64,000 nt of DNA from Candidatus Iainarchaeum sp. (GCA_017610175.1 JAFCCO010000002.1:46706-110705); one strand, 5' to 3'; counted from the stretch's first letter, positions 49,649 to 60,159 are shown. Numbers and translations: made by a program. The notes: a model not told the origin generated them from the sequence alone.

Positions 49649-49828
49649 CTATTTTTTGCCGTAAATCAGTGAAAAGAGGTAAACAAGCCCGCCGCCGAAA
49701 ATGAAGACAGCAATCAGCACATCTGCAAGCCCCCTGTTTAAGAGAACGTCTTCTATGTACATGAAGCTTCCGACAATCATTGCAAGTGCCACAACCATTT
49801 CAGCCGACATTGATAATGCATCTGCCAT
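49649..49828 (-). CDS. Small two-TM protein (59 aa, not in ORF track)
   Basis: MADALSMSAEMVVALAMIVGSFMYIEDVLLNRGLADVLIAVFIFGGGLVYLFSLIYGKK. Confidence 0.6.
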   Translation of the reverse strand: MADALSMSAEMVVALAMIVGSFMYIEDVLLNRGLADVLIAVFIFGGGLVYLFSLIYGKK

Positions 49829-49996
49829 AGTAGAATAAGCCCCTAAAAAGTATAAAAAACTTACTTGCCTGCGTTAATTAGTGAATAATTGCGTTTTTTT
49901 GGGTTTTTCCCACCCCATCCGGGGAAAAGGCAACTCTTTTTAAGGAATCCAGACCATATTTTTTAATAGAAGTTTTGCCGATTCTTTTTTATTATT

Positions 49997-50071
49997 GGAT
50001 CCGTAGCATAGCCTGGATAGTGCAGCTGGCTTCTAACCAGCAGGTCGTGGGTTCGAATCCCACCGGATCCA
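49997..50071 (+). tRNA. tRNA-Arg(TCT)
   Basis: GGATCCG/CGGATCC+A; GCTGG-CTTCTAA-CCAGC. Confidence 0.95.
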
Positions 50072-50179
50072 TTTAGCAAACAAAACAGTTAGCAGCTCTT
50101 TAAGGTTCGAAAATATCGTTTGCAAAGCACGGTGTGCGGAAAGTAAGTATTAAATACAACTATCTTCTTAGTGATTGAA

Positions 50180-50665
50180 ATGAAAGAAATTGCGCTAATC
50201 TCAATTGCATTGCTTGTTCTGTTTGCGGGTTGCGTTCAACAGCCTGAGCTGCCGGCTGAATTGCCGGAAGATTTTGAGGTCGAGTATGGAAGCGGGGCAA
50301 TGCATTTGGATTGGGGATATTACACTTTAAAGATTGATTCCGGTGGAAGCGCTGTTTTTGAAAAATTAAGGGGTGTGGATTCTAGCAAAAGATACAGCTT
50401 TTCCGTAAGTGAGCCGGAGCGGAAAAAAATTTATGACTCTGCAATGGTAAACGGTTTCTTTTCATTAAACGACAACTATGAGGACTTATTTGTAATGGAC
50501 GGGGGTTGGAGCAAAATAACTATTAGGGCAAATGGAAAAAGCAAAACGGTTAATTTGCAGAATTATTATTTAGATTCGTTTGAAAAAGTTGAGACCGAAA
50601 TATCAACGCTTATTCTTTCAAAAGTCGGTGAAGAAGCCTTTTCTTTCACTGATTTGGCGGATTAA
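50180..50665 (+). CDS. Lipoprotein-like hypothetical protein
   Basis: MKEIAL...LFAGCVQQ signal. Confidence 0.7.
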   Translation: MKEIALISIALLVLFAGCVQQPELPAELPEDFEVEYGSGAMHLDWGYYTLKIDSGGSAVFEKLRGVDSSKRYSFSVSEPERKKIYDSAMVNGFFSLNDNYEDLFVMDGGWSKITIRANGKSKTVNLQNYYLDSFEKVETEISTLILSKVGEEAFSFTDLAD

Positions 50666-50802
50666 TAATGCAAAAAATAAAGATTAAGCTTTTTTCCCCA
50701 ACAAAACCATTAAAACCTCTAACTGACACTTTTTTTATGCAAACCTAACAAGGTTTTGGCAAACTTTTAATTAATCCAATGCAGTAATCAGATGTGGTTT
50801 GA

Positions 50803-52512
50803 ATGGTTTCCCCAAAACAGAAAATAGCAAAAGCGCTCGAGAGCGCTCTTGAAAAACAGCTTTCGCAGGAAGAAATTCTTTCAATGCTTGAGGTTCCGCC
50901 ACAGCCTGAAATGGGAGACTTTGCATTCCCCTGCTTCAAGCTGTCCAAAATCCTGAAAAAGGCTCCGCAGGAAATTTCGGCAGAGCTTTCAACCAAAATC
51001 AAGCTCCCGTCCATGGTTTCCGAGGCAAAAATAGCAGGGCCATACCTCAACTTTTTTGTGAAAAAGGATTGGGCTGCAAAGCAGGCAATTTCAGCAGTGC
51101 TCAAGCAAGGGGACCTGTACGGTTTTGGAAAGGCCGGCAGGGGGAAAAAGGTAATGATTGAATACTCTGCCCCAAACACAAACAAGCCGCTGCACGTCGG
51201 GCACTTGAGGAACGACTGCATTGGCATGTCCATTGGAAACATCCTTGAGGCAACAGGGCACAAGGTAACGCGTGCAAACCTTGTGAATGACAGGGGGATT
51301 CATATCTGCAAAAGCATGCTTGCATATAAAAAATGGGGTAAGGGCAAGGAGCCAAACAAGAAGTCAGACCACTTTGTGGGGGACTACTATGTTCTGTTCA
51401 ACCAGAAGGTAAAGGAAGACCCTTCGCTTGAGGAAGAGGCCCGCTTTTTGCTGAAGAAGTGGGAGAACAAGGACAAGGAAACGCTTGCGCTGTGGAAAAA
51501 AATGAACGCATGGGCCTTCAAGGGATTCAAAGAGACGTACAAATCGTTTGGAACAAGGTTTGATGTTTGGCTGAAAGAGTCTGAATTCTTTGACAAGGCA
51601 AAGCCGATTATTGAGGATGGATTGGAGAAAGGGGTTTTCTTTGAGGACGACAACGGGGCAATCGTTGCAGGGCTCGAACACCACAACATCCCAAACAAGG
51701 TTGTTCTTCGCTCGGACGGCACATCAATTTACATCACAAACGATTTGGCTCTTACAAAACACAAGTTTGAACACTTTAAGCTTGACCAGGCAATTTGGGT
51801 TGTTGCAAGCGAGCAAAACCTTTACTTCCAGCAGCTCTTCAAAATCTTTGAACTGCTTGGATTCGGGTGGGCAGGCTCCTGTAAGCACAGAAGCTATGGA
51901 ATGGTTTACCTTCCGGAAGGGAAGATGAAGTCAAGGGAGGGAACGGTTGTTGACGCGGACAATTTGTTTGAGGACATGTCAGCTCTTGCAGCCAAAGAAG
52001 TGAAGAAGCGCTATCCAAAACTTTCAAAGGCAGAGCTTGAAAAGAGGGCAAAGGCAATCGCGCTTGCGGCAATAAAATTCTACATGCTAAAGGTTGACGA
52101 GGCAAGGGATTTGCAGTTCAATCCAAAGGAAAGCCTTTCATTCGAGGGCGAAACAGGGCCTTACATCCAGTACACTTTTGCGCGGGCAAAAAGTATTCTG
52201 CGCAAGGCAAAGAAGCCAAAGAAGGTTGATTATTCAAAGCTTGAAACAGATTTGGAAAAGCAGATTGTAATGCTTTTATACAAGTTCCCGCAGACCGTTG
52301 AGAAGGCAGCACTTTCCCTGCAGCCACATCTTGTTTCACAGCATTTGATTGAGCTTGCGACCTCATTCAATTCGTTCTACCACTCAAGCCGCGTGCTGAA
52401 CGCGGAGTCAGAAGAGCTTGCAAACGCAAGGCTTGCCCTTGTTGAGGCGGTTGCACAGGTAGTGAAGAATGGACTTAATCTGCTGAACATTAAGCCGATT
52501 GAAAAGATGTAA
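50803..52512 (+). CDS. argS: Arginyl-tRNA synthetase
   Basis: EYSAPNTNKPLHVGH, KMKSREG, GPYIQY..AR. Confidence 0.98.
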   Translation: MVSPKQKIAKALESALEKQLSQEEILSMLEVPPQPEMGDFAFPCFKLSKILKKAPQEISAELSTKIKLPSMVSEAKIAGPYLNFFVKKDWAAKQAISAVLKQGDLYGFGKAGRGKKVMIEYSAPNTNKPLHVGHLRNDCIGMSIGNILEATGHKVTRANLVNDRGIHICKSMLAYKKWGKGKEPNKKSDHFVGDYYVLFNQKVKEDPSLEEEARFLLKKWENKDKETLALWKKMNAWAFKGFKETYKSFGTRFDVWLKESEFFDKAKPIIEDGLEKGVFFEDDNGAIVAGLEHHNIPNKVVLRSDGTSIYITNDLALTKHKFEHFKLDQAIWVVASEQNLYFQQLFKIFELLGFGWAGSCKHRSYGMVYLPEGKMKSREGTVVDADNLFEDMSALAAKEVKKRYPKLSKAELEKRAKAIALAAIKFYMLKVDEARDLQFNPKESLSFEGETGPYIQYTFARAKSILRKAKKPKKVDYSKLETDLEKQIVMLLYKFPQTVEKAALSLQPHLVSQHLIELATSFNSFYHSSRVLNAESEELANARLALVEAVAQVVKNGLNLLNIKPIEKM

Positions 52513-52513
52513 T

Positions 52514-52765
52514 TTAGAATGTTACACTGTGCTTTTTAGCAATCTTTTTTATGTTTGCAACATCGGTCTGCCTTAAAACACCTGAAACAGCTCCTGTGTG
52601 AATGTTTTGAATCCTTCTCAGAATAACCTGATCGGGCCCTGAAATTACCCCTTCCGGAAGCCTGTAGAGTGCCTCAATCCCTTTTGCAACCTGAAGCTTT
52701 AGCCTCTGGGCCTTTGGCTTTGGTTTTCCCGCAGCGATTCTTCTAATCTTTCTGCTTGGTCTCAT
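52514..52765 (-). CDS. Small highly basic orphan protein
   Basis: MRPSRKIRRIAAGKPKPK; TTAAAT 23 nt upstream. Confidence 0.6.
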   Translation of the reverse strand: MRPSRKIRRIAAGKPKPKAQRLKLQVAKGIEALYRLPEGVISGPDQVILRRIQNIHTGAVSGVLRQTDVANIKKIAKKHSVTF

Positions 52766-52800
52766 GTACAGAATAAGCTGTTCCCTGAATTTAATTCTTT

Positions 52801-55500
52801 CTATTCGAGAACAATTGCCGGTTTTGCCGGCAGGGCATTTCTTGCCTTTGGAATCTTGCTTTTTTCGGCCTTTTCAATTTTTACCTTGCAGGCAAACTCT
52901 TTCTCAAGCTCGGCAGAAACATCTTTTAAGGCCTTGAACTCGTCTATTTTTGTTGCCTCGCGGTATTCGCCTAGCTTTTTTACAATCGCTTTAACGAATC
53001 CAGGCATTTCCTTTGCATTTACACCCTTTACTTTTGAGGCGGCCTTCATTGCGCCCCCGAAGTCAGGCTTTTCCCCAACAGCTTTGCGGATTGCTGAAAT
53101 TGCATCCCACTTCCACTCGGGCGCAACAATCAATGTCATTGTTCCAATTTTTTCAATCTTTGCAAGCTCCTTTACCTGCGCAACGTCCTGCTTCACGCTG
53201 TCAAGCAGTGCTTCCGCTGCCTCGGCGCCCTTGTCTATAAGTTTCTCGTTTGCTTTAGGCCAGTTGGCAACCGAAACAAAGCCCTTTTTTCCGATTCTGT
53301 TCCAGAGTTCCTCGCTGATGTGCGGCGCAAACGGTGAAAGCAGCTTAAGAATTGTTTCGACACAGAATCCTTTCAGGTTCTTGTCTGCGCCTACGTGCCT
53401 TTCCTTTCTGAGCTCCTCCACCAGTTTTACGATTGCCGCAATCGCATAGTTGATGTGCTTTTCCTCAAGCTCGTGGGTTGTTGTAAGAATTGCCCTGTGT
53501 GTTTTGGAGAGCAGCAGCTTTTCAGAGCTTGAAAGATTTGAAGCATCAATTTTGCCAAACCCAAGCTTATTCTTTTCGGTTTCAACAAAGTCAATCACGC
53601 GGTTTAGGAACCTAAAAACGCTTTCAACCCCTTTTTCGTTCCACTCAAGCTCTTTCTCAGGCAGGGCGGAATAAAGCATGAACATCCTTGCGGTGTCTGT
53701 ATTGAACTTGTTGATTATTTCCATTGGGTCGACAACGTTTCCAAAGCTTTTGCTCATCTTTCTTCCGTCCTTGATTACCATTCCCTGTGTGAACAGCCTC
53801 TCGAACGGTTCATCGATATTAATGAATCCGCAGTCGCGCAAAGCCTTTGTGAAAAACCTTGCGTAAAGCAAGTGTAAGATTGCATGCTCTATTCCCCCAA
53901 TGTACTGGTCTACAGCCATCCACTTGTGTACAATGTCCTTGCTAAACGGCTCTTTCCTGTTTTTCGGGTCGCAGTACCTTAGGAAATACCAAGACGAGTC
54001 AAAGAACGTGTCCATTGTGTCTGTTTCCCTTTTTCCCTTTCCGCCGCATTTTGGGCAGGGGCAGTTCACAAACTTTTCGCTTGTGGTTAGCGGGTTTTTG
54101 CCACCAAACTTTACCTCGCTTGATTCAGGGAGCAGCACAGGCAAGTCCTTTTCCGGAACGGGGTTTGCCCCGCACTTTTCGCAGTAAATTATGGGAATTG
54201 GCGTGCCCCAAAACCTTTGCCTTGAAATAAGCCAGTCCCTTAGCCTGAAGTTAACTGTTTTCTTTCCCTTTTTGTCTTTCTCAAGCCAGTTTGAAATGTC
54301 CTCAATTGCCTTGCGGTTCTCCAAACCGGTGAACTGCGCACTGTTTACAAGAATTCCCTCGTCCACATAGGCCTTGCCCATGTTGAATGCGTCAAGTTCC
54401 TTTCCCTTTGGCTGAATCACAACGCGTTTCTGCAGCCCGTATTTTTCCGCAAACTCAAAGTCCCTTTGGTCGTGTGTTGGGACACACATTACCATTCCGG
54501 TTCCGTATCCGCTAACTGCAAAGTCAGCCGCAAAGATTGGAATCACTTCATCATTAACCGGGTTAACTGCGTACTTTTCGAGGAAAATTCCCCTCTTTTC
54601 CTTTCCCTCCGCAAGCCGGTCAATCAGGCTCTCCCCCTTTACCTCTTCAACAAATTTCTTGACGTCTGCTTCGTTTTCCGTTCCCTTCACAAGCTTTTTA
54701 ACCATCGGGTGCTCGGGGGCAATTGCAAGGAATGTCACCCCAAACAGCGTGTCCGGCCTTGTGGTAAAAGTTGTAAGCGCTTCTCCGGAATCCTTTTCCT
54801 TAAAGAAAACTTCCACTCCCTCGCTTTTTCCAATCCAGTTCCTCTGCATTGTCTTAACTTTCTTTGGCCACTCGCCAAGCATACTCAAATCCTCAAGCAG
54901 TTCATCGGCGTAATCGGTTATCTTCAAAAACCACTGTTCCAGTTCCTTTGCCTCAACCTCTGTGTCGTCGTGCCTCCAGCACTTCCCATCAACGACCTGT
55001 TCGTTTGCAAGAACTGTCTGGCATTTCGGGCACCAGTTTACAGGGGCTTTTTTCTTGTAGGCCAGGCCCTTTTTCAAAAATTCGATGAAGAACTTCTGGT
55101 TCCACCTGTAGTAATCCGGCCTGCAGGTTGCTAACTCCCTGTCCCAGTCATAGCTGTTTCCGAGAATGAACTGCTGTTCCCGCATGTCCTTTATTTGGTT
55201 TTCGGTCCATTCTTTTGGGTCGGCATTTTGCTTGATTGCCGCGTTCTCCGCAGGGAGCCCAAAGGAGTCGTATCCCATTGGGTAAAGTACGTTGAATCCC
55301 TGCATTCTCTTAAAGCGGGCAAACGCGTCCCCTATCGAGTAGTTTCGAACGTGGCCCATGTGCAGTCTGCCGGTTGGGTAGGGAAACATTTCAAGCACGT
55401 AGTAGCGCTTTTTCTTGCTTTTTTCATCGGCCTTGAAAACGCCTTCCTTTCTCCAGGCCTTTTGCCACTTTTCCTCAATTTTTCTGAAGTCCTTGCCCAT
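52801..55500 (-). CDS. leuS: Leucyl-tRNA synthetase, bacterial-type core
   Basis: [34 protein letters not shown]. Confidence 0.97.
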   Translation of the reverse strand: MGKDFRKIEEKWQKAWRKEGVFKADEKSKKKRYYVLEMFPYPTGRLHMGHVRNYSIGDAFARFKRMQGFNVLYPMGYDSFGLPAENAAIKQNADPKEWTENQIKDMREQQFILGNSYDWDRELATCRPDYYRWNQKFFIEFLKKGLAYKKKAPVNWCPKCQTVLANEQVVDGKCWRHDDTEVEAKELEQWFLKITDYADELLEDLSMLGEWPKKVKTMQRNWIGKSEGVEVFFKEKDSGEALTTFTTRPDTLFGVTFLAIAPEHPMVKKLVKGTENEADVKKFVEEVKGESLIDRLAEGKEKRGIFLEKYAVNPVNDEVIPIFAADFAVSGYGTGMVMCVPTHDQRDFEFAEKYGLQKRVVIQPKGKELDAFNMGKAYVDEGILVNSAQFTGLENRKAIEDISNWLEKDKKGKKTVNFRLRDWLISRQRFWGTPIPIIYCEKCGANPVPEKDLPVLLPESSEVKFGGKNPLTTSEKFVNCPCPKCGGKGKRETDTMDTFFDSSWYFLRYCDPKNRKEPFSKDIVHKWMAVDQYIGGIEHAILHLLYARFFTKALRDCGFINIDEPFERLFTQGMVIKDGRKMSKSFGNVVDPMEIINKFNTDTARMFMLYSALPEKELEWNEKGVESVFRFLNRVIDFVETEKNKLGFGKIDASNLSSSEKLLLSKTHRAILTTTHELEEKHINYAIAAIVKLVEELRKERHVGADKNLKGFCVETILKLLSPFAPHISEELWNRIGKKGFVSVANWPKANEKLIDKGAEAAEALLDSVKQDVAQVKELAKIEKIGTMTLIVAPEWKWDAISAIRKAVGEKPDFGGAMKAASKVKGVNAKEMPGFVKAIVKKLGEYREATKIDEFKALKDVSAELEKEFACKVKIEKAEKSKIPKARNALPAKPAIVLE

Positions 55501-55539
55501 TTTGGTCACCGAGCTTAGTATTTTTTAAGCAGGACAATA

Positions 55540-55734
55540 TTAAAGAAGGTTTCTGGTGGTTAAAACGTAGAATATAATGGTTATTGAAATAACTACCATA
55601 AACACTATGTCTCGCTTGGAAAGCTCCCAAACCTTGCCTTTCAGGCCAAGCTTTTCCTCAATTGTGTCAAGCCTTTTTTCAATTGCCCCAAGCCTTTTTT
55701 CAATTCCTTTCTCTTCCTTTTTTTCCTCAACCAT
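55540..55734 (-). CDS. Small coiled-coil protein with a C-terminal TM
   Basis: IEKRL repeats plus hydrophobic tail. Confidence 0.6.
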   Translation of the reverse strand: MVEEKKEEKGIEKRLGAIEKRLDTIEEKLGLKGKVWELSKRDIVFMVVISITIIFYVLTTRNLL

Positions 55735-55774
55735 AGCGGTAGAATTAGCCGTTTTTCTTAATTAAACTTTCCTT

Positions 55775-56386
55775 TTATGCACCAACCGCCTTTTTTATGA
55801 ATTTCCTGAACGGGAACCTTCCGTAAACAATGTCCCGCCCTGCAAAATGCTTCAAAACCCCGTCTTTTGGATAGCCCATTTTTACCGCAAGCTTTGCGGA
55901 AAGGATGTCAGCCATCAGTTCCTCTGCCTGCTCAAAGCTCAGCCCGTAATGCATTGCAAACCCTGAGAGTGCCGGCTTTGGAAAGTGCGCATACTCGTGT
56001 GCAAGGGTAAAGATTCCCCCAATTGTCAGCTTGTCGCCCTCGAACAAGTGCTCTGAAGGCATGTTGATGAAGTCGCTTTTTACCGCAAAAGCCCTGGTTC
56101 CCTTTTGGTAAATTGTAATCTGGTTCACGTGCTCGCCCTTTACAACGCTTGCCATAACCCTTCCCCCTGCCCGAATTATTCGCTCGCGCAGGTTTCTTCT
56201 TGGGTAAAAGTATATTGGGGTTGTTTCGACATTGCGGCGCATCAGGCCGTAAATCTTTTCAGAGAGCTTGTCCGGCGCGCTCTTGTGCAGTTCCTTGAGG
56301 GCCTTTACAGCCTCTTTTCTGAATTTGTCAAGTGCCTTCTTTCGCTTGTTTGAAAGAATTGGCTTTTTGAAAAAAAGAAAAAGCAT
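55775..56386 (-). CDS. Basic protein with an HExxH zincin motif
   Basis: LAHEYAH...EELMAD; start uncertain. Confidence 0.65.
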   Translation of the reverse strand: MLFLFFKKPILSNKRKKALDKFRKEAVKALKELHKSAPDKLSEKIYGLMRRNVETTPIYFYPRRNLRERIIRAGGRVMASVVKGEHVNQITIYQKGTRAFAVKSDFINMPSEHLFEGDKLTIGGIFTLAHEYAHFPKPALSGFAMHYGLSFEQAEELMADILSAKLAVKMGYPKDGVLKHFAGRDIVYGRFPFRKFIKKAVGA

Positions 56387-56417
56387 GAAACATAAAATGC
56401 TCAAACCTTATTTAACA

Positions 56418-58172
56418 TTATTCAATTACCGCCTTAATTCGCCTTACACCCGCAGCAACAGACTCTTCCTTCTTAATTTTGAACTTTCCAATGTCTTTTG
56501 TGTTTTCAACGTGTGGGCCTGCGCAAACTTCCTTGCTAAAACCCTCAACAGAGTAAACGCTTACCTTTTCGGGCGCATACTTTGAGTCAAAGAACGCAAG
56601 CGCGCCCGCCTTCTTTGCTTCTTTCAGACCCATTTCCTTGCGCTTTACAGGAATTGCTTTCTCAATCGCTTCGTTAACTATTTTTTCAACCTCTGCCCTC
56701 TGTTCAGGTGTAACCTTTTCAGGGTGTGAGAAGTCAAAGCGCAGTCTTTCAGGGGTAATATTGCTTCCCTTCTGCTGAACGTGATTCCCCAAAACCTTTC
56801 TGAGCGCTGCGTGAAGCAGGTGTGTTGCTGTGTGCATTCGAACAGTTGTTTCGCTCTGGTCTTGCAGTCCGCTTTTGAAGCGCCCGGCTGTTGCTTTTCT
56901 TGACGTGTCCTGGTGTTTTTCAAACTCCTTTTCAAATATCTTTTTGTCAATTTTGATTCCTTTTTCTTCCGCAAGCTCAAGGGTCATCTCAATTGGGAAG
57001 CCAAAGCTTTGGTAGAGAAGGAATGCGTCCTCTCCCGAAATCTTTTTCTTTGCCTGCAAAATCCTTCCAAACCTATTAAGCCCGTTGGATAATACTTTTG
57101 AAAATCTGTCTTCTTCGCGCTCGAGCTCGAGGAAAATTAGCTCGCGCTCGCGCGTTAACTGCGGCCATTCAGCCCCGTAAATTTCAACAACAACTTCCGC
57201 AATTTTCCTGCAGAATCTTCCCTCAATTCCAAGCAGGCGCGCGTGCCTGATGCTTCGCCTAATCATTCTTCTAACAACATAACCCTGCTCAACATTGCTT
57301 GGGACAATTCCCTTGCCTTCTGAAAGCACAAAGCAGGATGACCTGATGTGGTCTGCAATAATTCTCTTTGACTTAAGCAAGTCGTTTTTGGAGAGGCCCT
57401 GGATTTTGTCCATTATCGGCTTGAACAAATGCGTATCATAAACCGTTGCCTTCCCGTTCAGCATTGCAACAGTTCTCTCAACCCCCATTCCGGTGTCGAC
57501 GTTTTGTTGCGCAAGCGGCTCAAATTTCCCTGCATCGGTCTTGTTGTACTGCATGAACACATCGTTCCAAATTTCAAAATACTTGCCGCAACCGCAGCCT
57601 GGCACGCACTTTGGCCCGCATTTTTCCTTTCCCATGTCGAAAAATATCTCGGTGTCAGGGCCGCAAGGGCCTGTTTTTCCAGCAGGACCCCACCAGTTGT
57701 CTTCCTTTGGGTTAAAGTAAATTCTTTCGACCGGAATCCCCTGAGATTCCCAAATTTTTGCGCTCTCTTCATCCTTTGGAGCGTCCTTATCCCCCTCAAA
57801 GCAGGTAACCGAAAGCCTGTTTTTGTCCAGGCCAATTACTTTTGTGAGGAATTCGTAGCTCCACTCAATTGCCTCTTTTTTGAAGTAATCCCCTAAAGAC
57901 CAGTTGCCGAGCATGAAAAAGAATGTTAAGTGTGATGCATCCCCAACCTCTTCAATGTCGTTTGTGCGGATGCATTTTTGCACGTTCACAAGCCTTTTTC
58001 CCTCAGGGTGCGGTTGACCAATAAGGAAGGGCACAAGCGGATGCATTCCCGCCGTTGTGAACAAAACGGTTGGGTCGTGCTCCGGAATAAGCGAGGCACT
58101 TGGAATGATTGCGTGCCCTTTTTTCTTGAAAAACTCTAGATAGCTTTCTGTAAGCTTTTTGCCTGTCCACAT
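56418..58172 (-). CDS. alaS: Alanyl-tRNA synthetase, short form without C-Ala
   Basis: FTTAGM, GPCGP, DTGMGVER, HTATH, CAGPH; ends at GVRRIKAVIE. Confidence 0.96.
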   Translation of the reverse strand: MWTGKKLTESYLEFFKKKGHAIIPSASLIPEHDPTVLFTTAGMHPLVPFLIGQPHPEGKRLVNVQKCIRTNDIEEVGDASHLTFFFMLGNWSLGDYFKKEAIEWSYEFLTKVIGLDKNRLSVTCFEGDKDAPKDEESAKIWESQGIPVERIYFNPKEDNWWGPAGKTGPCGPDTEIFFDMGKEKCGPKCVPGCGCGKYFEIWNDVFMQYNKTDAGKFEPLAQQNVDTGMGVERTVAMLNGKATVYDTHLFKPIMDKIQGLSKNDLLKSKRIIADHIRSSCFVLSEGKGIVPSNVEQGYVVRRMIRRSIRHARLLGIEGRFCRKIAEVVVEIYGAEWPQLTRERELIFLELEREEDRFSKVLSNGLNRFGRILQAKKKISGEDAFLLYQSFGFPIEMTLELAEEKGIKIDKKIFEKEFEKHQDTSRKATAGRFKSGLQDQSETTVRMHTATHLLHAALRKVLGNHVQQKGSNITPERLRFDFSHPEKVTPEQRAEVEKIVNEAIEKAIPVKRKEMGLKEAKKAGALAFFDSKYAPEKVSVYSVEGFSKEVCAGPHVENTKDIGKFKIKKEESVAAGVRRIKAVIE

Positions 58173-58223
58173 TGTTAAAACCTAAAATATCGTGGGTTGG
58201 AAAACTTTTAAAAACAGCCTTTC

Positions 58224-59063
58224 TTACAGTGCCTGCCCCTTTCTAATCAGTTCGCCGGCTCCTCTTGCCGTATGCTTTGCCTGGTCAATTATTGCAATAA
58301 TTGGCTTGCGGGTTGATTTATCCCTTCCAAGAACAAATGAATTTCCCCAGTGAATATCAAGCTCGATTGGGATTTTTGGGTTTGCCCCGAAATTGTGCTT
58401 TTGTCCTTTTACAAGCGCTTTCTCCATTGCAGTGTCAACGCGCTGAAGCTCTTTTACAGTTAATCTCATTCCTGTTGCAAAGTTGCGAATCGCGCTTTCA
58501 GTCATCGTAAGGCTTAAAGGCCCGTCCCTAATTCTTGAGCCGGACATTGTTTCCCACACCTCAATAAATGTCGGGGCATGAATAAACTTTCTTGCTGTTA
58601 TGCCGCTTGAAACAAAGTAGTACTGCAGCGGTCTCACAATGAACGGAAGTTCAGGCCTTGCCTTCAAATAATTGTATATTGCAGTGTTTGCAACAAATTG
58701 AGTGAATCCGTCCGGCCGGTTCTTTTCCGAAACACTTTTTCTGTAAACTTTCAACGCAACCTTTGGAAGCCTCATGGTTTGCTTTTCACGCCTTGTCTTA
58801 AATGGGGTTTCCTCTGCGGCTGACAGAAGGAACAGCTTTGCGTGTTCCCCTGAACCAATTGGTTTTGGATGAATTCCCTTTGCAAACTCAACAATGTCGT
58901 GCCCGTTCTTAACGCGAACTTTAACGCTTCTAAGCATTTCCCTGTAATTCAGCAGAAGCCTTTCCCCCCCGCGCGTTATAAGCAGTCCGCTTCTTTTTGC
59001 CCCAAGCGGGCTGTGGATAAGTTTTCCAAATTTGGTTGTTGTTCGCCTGTATCTTAGTGGCAT
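58224..59063 (-). CDS. Protein-kinase-like orphan with a basic N-terminus
   Basis: IGSGEHA, VALKVY, LDIHWGN, IAIIDQ; real start MPLRYRR because the longer ORF runs into rnpB. Confidence 0.7.
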   Translation of the reverse strand: MPLRYRRTTTKFGKLIHSPLGAKRSGLLITRGGERLLLNYREMLRSVKVRVKNGHDIVEFAKGIHPKPIGSGEHAKLFLLSAAEETPFKTRREKQTMRLPKVALKVYRKSVSEKNRPDGFTQFVANTAIYNYLKARPELPFIVRPLQYYFVSSGITARKFIHAPTFIEVWETMSGSRIRDGPLSLTMTESAIRNFATGMRLTVKELQRVDTAMEKALVKGQKHNFGANPKIPIELDIHWGNSFVLGRDKSTRKPIIAIIDQAKHTARGAGELIRKGQAL

Positions 59064-59120
59064 AATAAGGATGTAATGAATTTTGTTGTATAAAAACAGT
59101 TGGTTTGAAAAAAGAATAAA

Positions 59121-59404
59121 GTGTTGGGCTGTGGAGAGTAAGCCGGCTTCTGTTTCCCCGCAAATCCTCTCGAACAAGCGGGCAACCTGCATTTGCCTTA
59201 GCGGTTCAAAACCTTGCACCCGCACCGCATTGAAGCGATGACTGTTTCCCCGCCGTTTCAACCATATAGGTATCGTTTCTGTTCAGGGAAACTACCCTCT
59301 CGGATGTGTCTTTTGTCGGTATTGCTACCGGGGTGGCCGGACTTTCCTCAGCTGAAAACCCGTTAAACGGGCCAACCGTCGACAGGCCTTCCACTACCCA
59401 ACAC
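59121..59404 (-). ncRNA. rnpB: RNase P RNA
   Basis: GAGGAAAGTCCGGCC...ACAGAAGCCGGCTTA (P4); terminal helix GTGTTGGG/CCCAACAC; TATA upstream. Confidence 0.95.
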
Positions 59405-59464
59405 TATAATTTATGTATAAGACTGAATTTAAATGTTTTGTTTGTGGTGTTTGGTTGGGAAAAA

Positions 59465-60043
59465 TTACATTGTTAGGCCTTCGTCCTTTCTCTTTCCCTT
59501 AACCAGTTCGAAGATTTTTTGCTGCAGTTCCTCCGGTTCGGGCACAGCCTGAAGATTTCCCTCTGCACCCCACTTTCCCCGCATGCTTGCCTGCCCTGCA
59601 AGTGTCTGGATGTGGATTGAACCAAAGCCAAAAATGCTTTCAATAAAGGACCTTGAAATTATTACATCGCTTATTCTCTCAAGCGGAATGGAGTTAACGC
59701 TATAGCCAATCAGGCCGCGTTTTCCAACAACCCTCTTGTTTGTAATCCAGTAAAATCTCTTGTTGTAGTTCATTGAAGCGAAGGTATAGGGAATAACTAC
59801 AATCGCAACAAGCCCTATCAGTGCCGTCACCAGTGCAAGAATTGCCCCCACAATACCGCCGATTGCCGCAAACAAAAATACAAGCGGGATTATAATCCAG
59901 AGGCCTCCGAACAGGATAATGAAAAACCATCCGATAAGTCCCTGCAGAAAAAACATCCATTTCAGGCCGGGCAGTGGCTTTATTGAATCAATAATCTTTT
60001 CCCCTTCCTGAAGCCTAAAAAATTTTAAGTAATCCTCTTCCAT
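59465..60043 (-). CDS. Membrane protein with a bacterial PH domain
   Basis: YWITNKRV...G, IPLERI.D, IFGFGSI.IQT. Confidence 0.85.
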   Translation of the reverse strand: MEEDYLKFFRLQEGEKIIDSIKPLPGLKWMFFLQGLIGWFFIILFGGLWIIIPLVFLFAAIGGIVGAILALVTALIGLVAIVVIPYTFASMNYNKRFYWITNKRVVGKRGLIGYSVNSIPLERISDVIISRSFIESIFGFGSIHIQTLAGQASMRGKWGAEGNLQAVPEPEELQQKIFELVKGKRKDEGLTM

Positions 60044-60106
60044 TTCAACCGATAGAAATATGTCTAAGGAGAATATAAAACTTTGGTTATAAAAAAAAGT
60101 TGTGAA

Positions 60107-60145
60107 ACCGTGTTTTGGAAAGCCTAAAATGCAACTCAGGTTAGT
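60107..60145 (-). other. 3' arm of the 23S processing stem (pairs with about 63125-63163)
   Basis: TTGGAAAGCCTAAA / TTTAGGCTTTCCAA and flanking complementary blocks. Confidence 0.7.
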
Positions 60146-60159
60146 GTTTTTCTTTTGAG

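Noticed and set aside
49997-52512. tRNA-Arg near argS (and tRNA-Ala near alaX) as a regulatory pairing like tRNA-Trp/trp
   Set aside because: Unrelated genes intervene and no cognate uORFs were found; could be chance in a small genome
59064-59394. N-terminal extension of the 345-aa ORF and a 62-aa ORF
   Set aside because: They overlap RNase P RNA; the real start is most likely 59063
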